Positions 1 to 7,702 of a stretch of DNA of 64,000 bases are shown here, piece after piece. Every line of letters starts with the position of its first letter. Positions within the stretch are counted from its first letter, which is position 1. The position numbers and the translations under genes are program-made. Location: the NCBI GenBank assembly GCA_026387355.1, contig JAPLLW010000012.1, positions 62,612-126,611 of the forward strand. The letters are read 5' to 3'. The notes below the pieces were generated by a model, which saw nothing but the letters and a program-made list of their open reading frames with translations, was not told where the DNA came from and ran no database searches. The DNA comes from Candidatus Omnitrophota bacterium (GTDB lineage: Bacteria; Omnitrophota; Gorgyraeia; Gygaellales; Profunditerraquicolaceae).

Positions 1-683
1 GGAAGGTAATCTTTCTTTTGCTGTCCGCTTTGTCACTTGTTTTAGCCACCTATGTTAAGCCCGTACCTTATTATTTGGGGTTTGTTTTATTCTTTTTTAT
101 ACTGTATTCAAATTGGGGAAAAATCTTTTGGAAGTATTTTAAACACGCTTTAATCTTTCTGTTAATCGTATATTCTTTATTAGGTATTTGGCAGGTCAGG
201 AATTATGCGCGGTTTCATAATGTTGCATTTAGTAGTGTAGAAAATGAGAATTACGGTAAAATGTTATTCAGAAGGTATGCCAGGAATAATGATCCCAATG
301 CCAAAGGCATGAGCCCGGTTTCTTATTACATAAATGCATCCATTAGATGTGCGTTGTCTTTTATGACTAGGCCGGGCAGTTTAAAATATTTTAAGTCACA
401 CTTATTAACCGTTATCGGCAAAGTACTTGCATACCCGTGGATGGTATTTTGGCTGGTCGGTTTTATATGGGGTACTGTAAAATTTAGACGCGATCTTTAT
501 GTCCAACTTTTGCTTGTTATTATTGCATATTTTACATTAGCTTCAGTCGGAATGCTTGCGTGGGATGCCGCTGAAAGGTATCGAGTGCCTATGGTGCCAT
601 GCATAGCAATAATTTCAGCATACGGGTGGGCGAATCTTCTGTCCTATTGTCATAAGAGTAGGTTAGTATGGAAAAATATATAG
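1..683 (+). CDS. Polytopic membrane protein, 5'-truncated at the window edge. Possibly the C-terminal part of a GT-C-type (ArnT/PMT-like) glycosyltransferase
   Basis: The reading frame is open back to position 3, and the track starts it at a TTG at 18. The protein is strongly hydrophobic with several predicted TM helices. The function call is weak: it rests on the membrane topology and the adjacent waaA/LPS context. Confidence 0.45.
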   Translation, partial: KVIFLLLSALSLVLATYVKPVPYYLGFVLFFFILYSNWGKIFWKYFKHALIFLLIVYSLLGIWQVRNYARFHNVAFSSVENENYGKMLFRRYARNNDPNAKGMSPVSYYINASIRCALSFMTRPGSLKYFKSHLLTVIGKVLAYPWMVFWLVGFIWGTVKFRRDLYVQLLLVIIAYFTLASVGMLAWDAAERYRVPMVPCIAIISAYGWANLLSYCHKSRLVWKNI

Positions 684-1537
684 AAAAATTTATTCGCTAC
701 ATGGAGATTGAGAAGAATTATTCTGCTCATACGATATTAAATTATAAGCTTGATCTTGAGGATTTCAGGAAATTCTGCGGTGAGATTGATTTTGAGAAGA
801 TTGATTACCTGCTCTTAAGAAAATACCTGGCAGTATTAAAAGAAAAAAACCTAGGTAACCGCACAGTCGGCAGGCACTTATCGGCACTGCGCAGCTTTTT
901 CAAATTTCTTAACCGGGATGGTTTAATTAAAGTTAATCCCATTCTTATGCTCTCTAGCCCTAAATTGGAAAAGCATCTTCCGTCGTATATGACGGAAGAA
1001 GAGGTGACTAAGCTAATTGAATCAGCTTTTTCTAAAGACAAGAAAGATATATCCGGGTTACGCGATAGAGCGATACTCGAGACATTTTACTCTAGCGGCT
1101 TGAGAATTTCGGAATTAGTGGCATTAAGCCTTGCAGATGTTGATTTTATCAGCGGTGTAGTAAAGGTATCCGGTAAAGGAAAAAAGGAGCGGGTTGTCCC
1201 GATCGGAGATGCAGCACTCTTAACAATCAGGAGTTATCTGGACAAAAGGCCAAAAGAGTCAAGCGCTGTTTTTTTAAACAAGAACGGAAAGCGTATCACT
1301 ACTAGGGGTGTGCGTAATATAGTGGGTAAATATCTAAAAAGCGCGGGAATTAAGCATGGAGTTTCCCCTCATACATTACGGCATTCTTTTGCCACGCATT
1401 TATTGGACCGGGGGGCGGATCTGCGCACAGTGCAGGAGTTATTAGGGCATGCGGATTTATCTACCACGCAGATCTACACGCATCTAACGACAGAGAAGAT
1501 CAAAAAGGTTTATGATAAGGCGCATCCTCACGCTTAA
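668..1537 (+). CDS. Site-specific tyrosine recombinase, XerC/XerD family
   Basis: The C-terminal catalytic motifs 'LRHSFATHLL..GADLRTVQELLGHADLSTTQIYTH' match the R-H-R-Y tyrosine recombinase signature. The N-terminal SAM-like domain reads 'YMEIEKNYSAHTILNYKLDLEDF'. Confidence 0.9.
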   Translation: MEKYIEKFIRYMEIEKNYSAHTILNYKLDLEDFRKFCGEIDFEKIDYLLLRKYLAVLKEKNLGNRTVGRHLSALRSFFKFLNRDGLIKVNPILMLSSPKLEKHLPSYMTEEEVTKLIESAFSKDKKDISGLRDRAILETFYSSGLRISELVALSLADVDFISGVVKVSGKGKKERVVPIGDAALLTIRSYLDKRPKESSAVFLNKNGKRITTRGVRNIVGKYLKSAGIKHGVSPHTLRHSFATHLLDRGADLRTVQELLGHADLSTTQIYTHLTTEKIKKVYDKAHPHA

Positions 1538-1560
1538 ATTCAGTAGATAGGGAAAACAAA

Positions 1561-2817
1561 ATGTTTATATTGTACGACCTTATATTTCTAATCTTAGTTA
1601 TAATTACGTTACCGGTTTATATTTTAAAGGGTAAATTCCATACGGAGTTTTTTAAGCGCTTTGGTGTTCTGCCAAAAGGGCTTGAGTTAGACCGTCCGAT
1701 ATGGGTTCATGCGGTAAGCGTAGGAGAAGCTGTAGTTGTACGCGGTTTAGTTGATGAATTGCGCAAGGTTTACCCGGGTAAGAAGTTTGTAATTTCTACT
1801 GTTACGCCTACGGGCAATAAGATTGCTAAAGATTTGGTTAAGGACGCAGACCTGTTAACTTATTTACCGCTAGATTTTAGTTTTATTGTAAGAAGCGTAA
1901 TGCAGCGAATTAATCCGCAACTCTTTATTATAGCCGAAACCGAGATCTGGCCAAACCTGATCAGCGTGCTTAATAAGAAAGGTATCCCGATTGTTACGGT
2001 TAACGGCAGGATATCTGATTCTTCTTTTAAGGGGTATCGGGTAATTAAATTCTTAATTAAAAATATTCTAGCCAAAGTGAATTTATTTTGCACTCAGACA
2101 GATTCTGACGCAAAGAGATTAATTGCGTTGGGGGTAGACCCTGATAAAATTAAAGTAACAGGAAATATGAAATTTGATCAGATAAATTTAGTAAGGACTA
2201 GTGATTATAGGAAGCGATTAGGTTTAAGTCCCGAAGAAAAACTTTTTGTTGCCGGTTCGACTCATTCCGGAGAAGAAGGGGTGGTGATCGGCGTTTATAA
2301 AAAAATACTTGATATTTTCCCCAATGTTAAACTTTTAATTGCCCCGCGCCATCCGCAAAGAGCTAAAGATATAGAGTTGTTAGCTAGAAGTTTTGGATTC
2401 TTTCCCGTTAAAACTTCAGAATTGTCAACTCAGTGTGTGTCATGTTTGCAAAAACCCGTCTTTATATTGGATACTGTAGGAGAGTTGGTTAATTTTTATA
2501 GCGCATCCGATATAGTTTTTGTGGGTGGAAGTTTGATTAAAAAAGGCGGGCATAATATTTTAGAGCCGGCTAGTCTTGGGAAGCCAGTAATTTTTGGGCC
2601 ATATATGTTTAATTTTCGCGATATTGCGCAGATGTTTATAGATAATAATGCTGCAATACAAGTGCATAACCAGGAAGAGTTGTTTCTTGCCGTAGAAAAT
2701 CTATTGAAAAATACTCAGAAGGTTCTAGAGTTAAACAGCCAGGCTAGAGAAGTAATCATTAGAAACCAAGGCGCAACCTTAAGGAGCGTGCAGGCGATTA
2801 AGGGTGTTCTTTGTTAA
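1561..2817 (+). CDS. waaA: 3-deoxy-D-manno-octulosonic acid (Kdo) transferase WaaA/KdtA
   Basis: The N-terminal 'IWVHAVSVGE' motif is typical of Kdo transferase. The size (418 aa) fits a GT30 enzyme, and lpxK is immediately downstream. Confidence 0.88.
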   Translation: MFILYDLIFLILVIITLPVYILKGKFHTEFFKRFGVLPKGLELDRPIWVHAVSVGEAVVVRGLVDELRKVYPGKKFVISTVTPTGNKIAKDLVKDADLLTYLPLDFSFIVRSVMQRINPQLFIIAETEIWPNLISVLNKKGIPIVTVNGRISDSSFKGYRVIKFLIKNILAKVNLFCTQTDSDAKRLIALGVDPDKIKVTGNMKFDQINLVRTSDYRKRLGLSPEEKLFVAGSTHSGEEGVVIGVYKKILDIFPNVKLLIAPRHPQRAKDIELLARSFGFFPVKTSELSTQCVSCLQKPVFILDTVGELVNFYSASDIVFVGGSLIKKGGHNILEPASLGKPVIFGPYMFNFRDIAQMFIDNNAAIQVHNQEELFLAVENLLKNTQKVLELNSQAREVIIRNQGATLRSVQAIKGVLC

Positions 2818-2873
2818 ATAGTTTGCGTATATAAGTATTTGTGTTAGGATAATTTTAATAATCAGGAGATCTC

Positions 2874-3272
2874 GTGTACAAGATAGCGGTTAAGCATGTT
2901 AAGGATTACGCTTTTAAAGTAAAATCTTCTGGATATGAGTTTGCTATTGACGCTAAAGGTAAAGAAGGAATTACTCCTCCGGATACGCTTTTGGCCGGTT
3001 TAGCCAGTTGCATCGGCGTGTATGTAACCAAGTATTCTGAGGGCGCTAAGCTTGGTTTAGAAAACTTTGAGATTATAGCTGAGGGAGAATTCAGCACTGA
3101 TGCGCCGGTTCGTTTTAAAGAGGTTAGTATCACTATTGATTTAAAAGGCGCAAAACTTGAGGAGCGCAGGGCGAATGCCTTAATGGAGTTTATTAAAAAC
3201 TGTCCAGTGCATAATACCCTGGAAAACAAACCTGAGGTAAAGATTAGAATAAATGATGGAGATAAGGGCTAG
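2874..3272 (+). CDS. OsmC/Ohr family peroxiredoxin-like protein
   Basis: A GTG start lies 7 nt after an AGGAG ribosome-binding site. The 'LLAGLASC' motif with conserved cysteines and the 132-aa size are typical of OsmC. Confidence 0.75.
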   Translation: MYKIAVKHVKDYAFKVKSSGYEFAIDAKGKEGITPPDTLLAGLASCIGVYVTKYSEGAKLGLENFEIIAEGEFSTDAPVRFKEVSITIDLKGAKLEERRANALMEFIKNCPVHNTLENKPEVKIRINDGDKG

Positions 3273-3975
3273 GCAGAAGAATAATATTGTTATCCTGGAT
3301 TTGGTCGGCCGCATTGATGTGGAATCGGCAAATCTGGTTGAGGCTATCGGCCAGTGCCTGCGCGATGGCTTTACCGATATTCTTTGTAATATGGAAGAGG
3401 TAGAGTTTATAGATTATATGGGGATATCGGTAATCGTTATCGTTTATAAAGAGATAACCAATAGCAAGGGGAGATTGAAATTTACCAATGTCCCAACCCA
3501 CATTAGAAATATTCTTTGCATAGCAGGCCTTGATCGGGCTATTGAGATTCACGTAGATGAGGAATTGGCTCTCAAGAGTTTTGGCGAAGATAAGATAATT
3601 GAAGATATCCAGAAGATGCAGTTGCGCCGCCGTTTTAAGCGTCTACCAATAGATTTGAAGATAGAATTAAAATCTAAATTTGGCAGGAGTCCGGTTTGCC
3701 TTAAGCTTGATCTGCTTAATTTAAGCGCAGTAGGCGCTTTTATCTTTGGGTGTGATAAATTTAAACTCGGCGATGAAGTAGTCTTGAAGTTACAGCTGCC
3801 CCCTAAGAACGAAGAATTCGAATTAGAAGCAAAGGTGGTCTGGATCCCCGATAAACATGTTCAACCGCATGCCTATCCTGGGCTCGGGGTAGAGTTTATA
3901 AATATTTTGCCACAGAAGCAGCAGAAGCTTATTGATTTCATCGAAAGAAACCTCTCTTTTATGTCCACGGATTAG
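3253..3975 (+). CDS. STAS (anti-sigma-factor antagonist) domain fused to a C-terminal PilZ (c-di-GMP binding) domain
   Basis: The N-terminal 'IVILDLVGRIDVESANLVEAIGQCL' is an SpoIIAA/STAS fold. The C terminus carries the PilZ motifs 'RRRFKR' (RxxxR) and 'DLLNLSAVG' (D/NxSxxG). The ORF overlaps the end of the osmC-like gene by 20 nt. Confidence 0.7.
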   Translation: MMEIRARQKNNIVILDLVGRIDVESANLVEAIGQCLRDGFTDILCNMEEVEFIDYMGISVIVIVYKEITNSKGRLKFTNVPTHIRNILCIAGLDRAIEIHVDEELALKSFGEDKIIEDIQKMQLRRRFKRLPIDLKIELKSKFGRSPVCLKLDLLNLSAVGAFIFGCDKFKLGDEVVLKLQLPPKNEEFELEAKVVWIPDKHVQPHAYPGLGVEFINILPQKQQKLIDFIERNLSFMSTD

Positions 3976-3984
3976 GTTATTTAA

Positions 3985-4638
3985 ATGTTTAAGCTAAAGT
4001 TTAAACCCAAAGCAATAATATTTGATATGGACGGGGTAATTGTAGATTCCATGCCGTATCATTTCTTGGCTTGGTATGAAGCCTTGCGGCCATACGGGTT
4101 AAGGGTAAGTTGTTTTGATGTTTACTCCAAGGAGGGTGAGTGCTGGGAAAAGACGCTTAAGGATCTATTCAAACGCTCGGGCATAAGGCCGACTGCAAGT
4201 CTTTTAAACGAAATATTTATCAAGCGCCAAAAGATATTTAAGAAGTATTTCCGGCGTTTTATTTTTAAAGGGGCAGAGGATTACCTGCTTTGTTTAAAGA
4301 GCCAGGGCTATTCCTTGGGTTTAGTAACCGGAAGTCCTATCCAGGAAGTAAATAAAATTTTATCTAGGGATATTCTTGGTTTATTTAACGCTATTGTAGC
4401 CGGAAACCAGGTTAAGAAGGGTAAGCCGCATCCTGAACCATACCTGAAAGCTGCCAAGTTACTTGATTTAAAGCCTAAAGGATGCGTAGTGGTTGAGAAT
4501 GCGCCTTTTGGGATTAAGTCTGCTAAAGGGGCAGGGATGTTTTGTATCGCCCTTACTACTAGCCTGCCTAAGGAATATCTCAAAGAGGCTGATATTGTAG
4601 TTGATAATTTAGCGGATATCTCCCGGATTATTTCTTAA
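3985..4638 (+). CDS. HAD-superfamily hydrolase (beta-phosphoglucomutase / phosphatase-like)
   Basis: HAD motif I 'IIFDMDGVIVDS' is present, with later 'GLVTGS' and 'VVVENAPFGIKSAKGAGM' motifs. Confidence 0.75.
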   Translation: MFKLKFKPKAIIFDMDGVIVDSMPYHFLAWYEALRPYGLRVSCFDVYSKEGECWEKTLKDLFKRSGIRPTASLLNEIFIKRQKIFKKYFRRFIFKGAEDYLLCLKSQGYSLGLVTGSPIQEVNKILSRDILGLFNAIVAGNQVKKGKPHPEPYLKAAKLLDLKPKGCVVVENAPFGIKSAKGAGMFCIALTTSLPKEYLKEADIVVDNLADISRIIS

Positions 4639-4689
4639 TAAAACTCCTATCTATTTGTCCGCTATAGGCTTTTCTCTCTGACAAAGATA

Positions 4690-4718
4690 TTGCTTCTTGT
4701 TTCCCTCTATGCTAAAAT
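4690..4718 (+). promoter_or_regulatory. Putative sigma70-type promoter (TTGCTT, 17-nt spacer, TAAAAT) upstream of lpxK
   Basis: The -35-like TTGCTT at 4690-4695 and the -10-like TAAAAT at 4713-4718 are separated by a 17-nt spacer. They lie in the only sizeable gap (114 bp) in this region. Confidence 0.3.
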
Positions 4719-4752
4719 AATAAGTTAATTTAGATAAGATTTATCTAATTTC

Positions 4753-5805
4753 TTGCCTATGAAAGACTTTCTTTATAAGTTGGCTACGGACAGGTACAGG
4801 GGGCCATTTTTTGCTATTTCAAAGCTCTTACTCTTACTGCTTTCTTTTGTTTATGGAGCCGTGATCAGGGGGTTAACCCTCCTTTTAACCTCTAGGGCGG
4901 TAAGCCCAAAATGCAGAGTTATTAGTATCGGCAATATTACTTTAGGGGGGACAGGTAAAACTTCTTTAGTAAAATTTGTTGCGCTTACCCTTCAGGCTAA
5001 TAAACATAAGGTTGCGATAATTAGCAGGGGTTATAAAAGACTAGCCTTAGGATTGGGTGATGAGCCTTCTATGTTGCTTAATGGTTTAAAGGATATTCCG
5101 GTGATTGTGGACAGGGACAGATTGCGTGGCGCCCAGAGAGCAGCTGATGAATACGCAGCAGATACGGTAATTTTTGATGATGGGATGCAGCAGTGGAGGG
5201 TAAAAAAGGATTTAGAGATCGTAGTAGTGAACGCGGTTGAGGCCTTTGGCAATCGGCATATGATACCTCGTGGGGTATTGCGTGAACCTCTCTCTTCGCT
5301 TAAGCGGGCAGATGTCTTTGTTTTAGCTAAGACTAATCTCGTCCTGAGCACTGAAGATATCAAAAAGAACTTGAATAAGATTAAACCCGGTACGCTTATC
5401 GTAGAGACTATACATCATCCGGAGGATTTATATGAACTTAGAAATCCGCAAAAGCATTTAGCTACGGATTTCCTGAAAGATAAAAACGTGGCTTTATTCT
5501 CAGGGATAGGCGATCCGGATTCTTTTGTAAGTTTGGTCAGGAATCTAGGGGCAAAGCCTAAATTGGATTTGAGGTTTATAGACCACCATAATTATAGCGA
5601 TGAGGATATATCCGGGATTATTAATAAATCTAAGCAGAAAGATCTAAAAATAATTGTTACAACAGAAAAAGATGCTTCTAGGCTCTCTGAAGAGAGGCTC
5701 AAGCCTTTTGATGATTTTAAACTCTTAGTTTTACCCATAAAATTAAAGATTGTTAAAAATGAAGGAGAATTTATTGCTAGATTACTTAGCTTGCGTTCTA
5801 TTTAA
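4753..5805 (+). CDS. lpxK: Tetraacyldisaccharide 4'-kinase LpxK
   Basis: The P-loop 'GNITLGGTGKT' is the LpxK signature. The 350-aa size fits, and waaA and lpxL neighbours support the call. Confidence 0.85.
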   Translation: MPMKDFLYKLATDRYRGPFFAISKLLLLLLSFVYGAVIRGLTLLLTSRAVSPKCRVISIGNITLGGTGKTSLVKFVALTLQANKHKVAIISRGYKRLALGLGDEPSMLLNGLKDIPVIVDRDRLRGAQRAADEYAADTVIFDDGMQQWRVKKDLEIVVVNAVEAFGNRHMIPRGVLREPLSSLKRADVFVLAKTNLVLSTEDIKKNLNKIKPGTLIVETIHHPEDLYELRNPQKHLATDFLKDKNVALFSGIGDPDSFVSLVRNLGAKPKLDLRFIDHHNYSDEDISGIINKSKQKDLKIIVTTEKDASRLSEERLKPFDDFKLLVLPIKLKIVKNEGEFIARLLSLRSI

Positions 5806-7702
5806 TGTCTTAGGCGCTATCTTTCGAATCTTACCTATCGGCGTATGTCTTTTTTTAGGCAGAAGACTTGGGGATTGTTTTTTTTATTTTGACCCCAGGC
5901 ATAAGGCAAGAAGCTACGCCAATATTAAGACTGCCTTGGGGGATAAATTAGAACCCAAGCAGATCTTGCGCTTAACCAGAGAATTCTACCAATCATTTGG
6001 ACAGAGTATAATCGAAATATTTCTTATTCCTATTATTGACCGTAAATATCTGGAAAAATATGTGCAGACTGAAGGCTCTGAGTATGTGTACAGTGCGTTA
6101 AAAAGAGGTAAGGGTGTAATTTTACTATCTGTTCACGCAGGAAGCTGGGAGCTCTCTAATCTTATCAGTGCTAATTTTGGATTTCCATTTGTTTTATTTG
6201 TTAAGGGGCAGCATTTCCCGCGTTTAAATAAATTACTAAATAGATATAGGCAAGCGAAGGGCTGCAAAATAATCACCAGAGAAGGCGGTCTTAAGCAGTT
6301 GATTGATAGTTTAAAAAGTAACTCTGCTGTTGGAATTACTTTGGATCAAGGCGGTAGGGCAGGTAGCTTAACAGATTTCTTTGGCCAAAATGCTTCCATG
6401 TCAACCGGTTGGATAAAGCTTGCGTTAAAATATGACTGTAGCGTTATCCCGGTATTCTTTACGCGAGTTTCAGGGCCAAAGATTAAGGTATTTGCCGCAA
6501 AACCGCTAGAATTGATCAGGAGTAATGATTTAGAAAAGGATATTCAGGATAATTTGAATCTGGCGACTAAAGTTTTTGAGGGATTTATCAGGAAATATCC
6601 AAAAGAATATCTTTGGACTTATAAGATTTGGAAATACTCAGACCAAAGGAATATTCTGATTTTAAGCGATGGTAAGTCCGGGCACCTGCGTCAATCAGAG
6701 GCGCTAGCTAAGATCGCTGGAAATTGTTTCAAGGATAAAGGGATAAAATCAAAAGTTAGTATTGTAGAGATAAAGTTTAAGGGTAGGTTCTCAAAGGTTG
6801 CATTATCCCTAAGTAGTTGCCTTATAGGTAAGTATTCTTGTCAGGGCTGCTTACGGTGTCTTAGAAAGTTCCTTGATGATAATACAAATAAAAGCTTAGC
6901 TGTAATTAAGCCGGATCTGGTTATCTCTTGCGGATCAAAACTTGCTTTGATTAATTATCTAATTTCGGCAGAAAATCAGAGTAAATCTGTTACATTAATG
7001 CGTCCGCCATTTTTTAGTGCAGCTAGATTTGATTTAGTAGTTATGCCACAACACGATCATACTTTCAGGCGTAAGAATATAGTCGTAACTACAGCCGCAC
7101 TGAATCTTATTGATCGGGAATATCTGGATGAGCAATCGGCAAAGCTTATGCGTTCTTACAATCTAAACGCGCAAGCTATCTATCTAGGTATATTAATAGG
7201 AGGATCTAGTAAGAAATTTAGGCTGGATAAGGACTTAATGGTTAGGGTGGTACGGGAGATTAAAACAGTAGCAGAGATAATTAATGCGGATATTCTTTTA
7301 ACTACTTCCCGCCGCACAGAGGGGGAACTCGAAGATTTAATAAAAAAAGAATTTAAGGATTATTCCCGGGCAAAGCTCGTAGTTATTGCTAATGAAAAAA
7401 ATATTCCTGAAGCCGTTGGCGGGATATTAGGTTTAAGTAAGATAATCATAAGTTCTCCAGAAAGTATATCGATGATCTCTGAGGGTGTTAATAGCGCAAG
7501 ACCGGTTGTAGTTTTTAATGCGCCGGGATTAAGTAGGAAGCATCAAGAGTTTTTGAGGAATTTAGCTAAAAAGAATTACATCTCCTTAGCGGAAAAAGAC
7601 AGTCTGGTTAAAGTAGTTACAGATCTTTGGGTGGATAAGCCAGCTAGGCATGTTTTAGAGGATAATGCGTTAATCACAAAAGCCTTAGAGAGAATATTAT
7701 GA
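5750..7702 (+). CDS. Fusion protein with an N-terminal lipid A biosynthesis (Kdo)2-lipid IVA acyltransferase domain (LpxL/HtrB family) and a C-terminal Elm1/DUF1022-like (GT-B-like) domain
   Basis: Residues ~1-300 resemble the LpxL family ('LSVHAGSWELSN', 'ITLDQGG'). Residues ~300-650 begin 'RNILILSDGKSGHLRQSEALAKIAG', the characteristic start of the bacterial 'mitochondrial fission ELM1' family. The annotated start overlaps lpxK by 56 nt, so the true start may be downstream. Confidence 0.65.
   Translation: MLKMKENLLLDYLACVLFNVLGAIFRILPIGVCLFLGRRLGDCFFYFDPRHKARSYANIKTALGDKLEPKQILRLTREFYQSFGQSIIEIFLIPIIDRKYLEKYVQTEGSEYVYSALKRGKGVILLSVHAGSWELSNLISANFGFPFVLFVKGQHFPRLNKLLNRYRQAKGCKIITREGGLKQLIDSLKSNSAVGITLDQGGRAGSLTDFFGQNASMSTGWIKLALKYDCSVIPVFFTRVSGPKIKVFAAKPLELIRSNDLEKDIQDNLNLATKVFEGFIRKYPKEYLWTYKIWKYSDQRNILILSDGKSGHLRQSEALAKIAGNCFKDKGIKSKVSIVEIKFKGRFSKVALSLSSCLIGKYSCQGCLRCLRKFLDDNTNKSLAVIKPDLVISCGSKLALINYLISAENQSKSVTLMRPPFFSAARFDLVVMPQHDHTFRRKNIVVTTAALNLIDREYLDEQSAKLMRSYNLNAQAIYLGILIGGSSKKFRLDKDLMVRVVREIKTVAEIINADILLTTSRRTEGELEDLIKKEFKDYSRAKLVVIANEKNIPEAVGGILGLSKIIISSPESISMISEGVNSARPVVVFNAPGLSRKHQEFLRNLAKKNYISLAEKDSLVKVVTDLWVDKPARHVLEDNALITKALERIL

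Noticed and set aside
805-1041. This and the other short minus-strand ORFs in the track (for example 1860-2093, 2906-3229, 5031-5363, 8493-8741, 26618-26935, 33171-33455, 56307-56537, 61021-61287)
   Set aside because: All are 60 to 125 aa and lie entirely inside strongly supported + strand genes. None has a recognisable domain, and no ribosome-binding site or promoter context is evident. They are treated as spurious.
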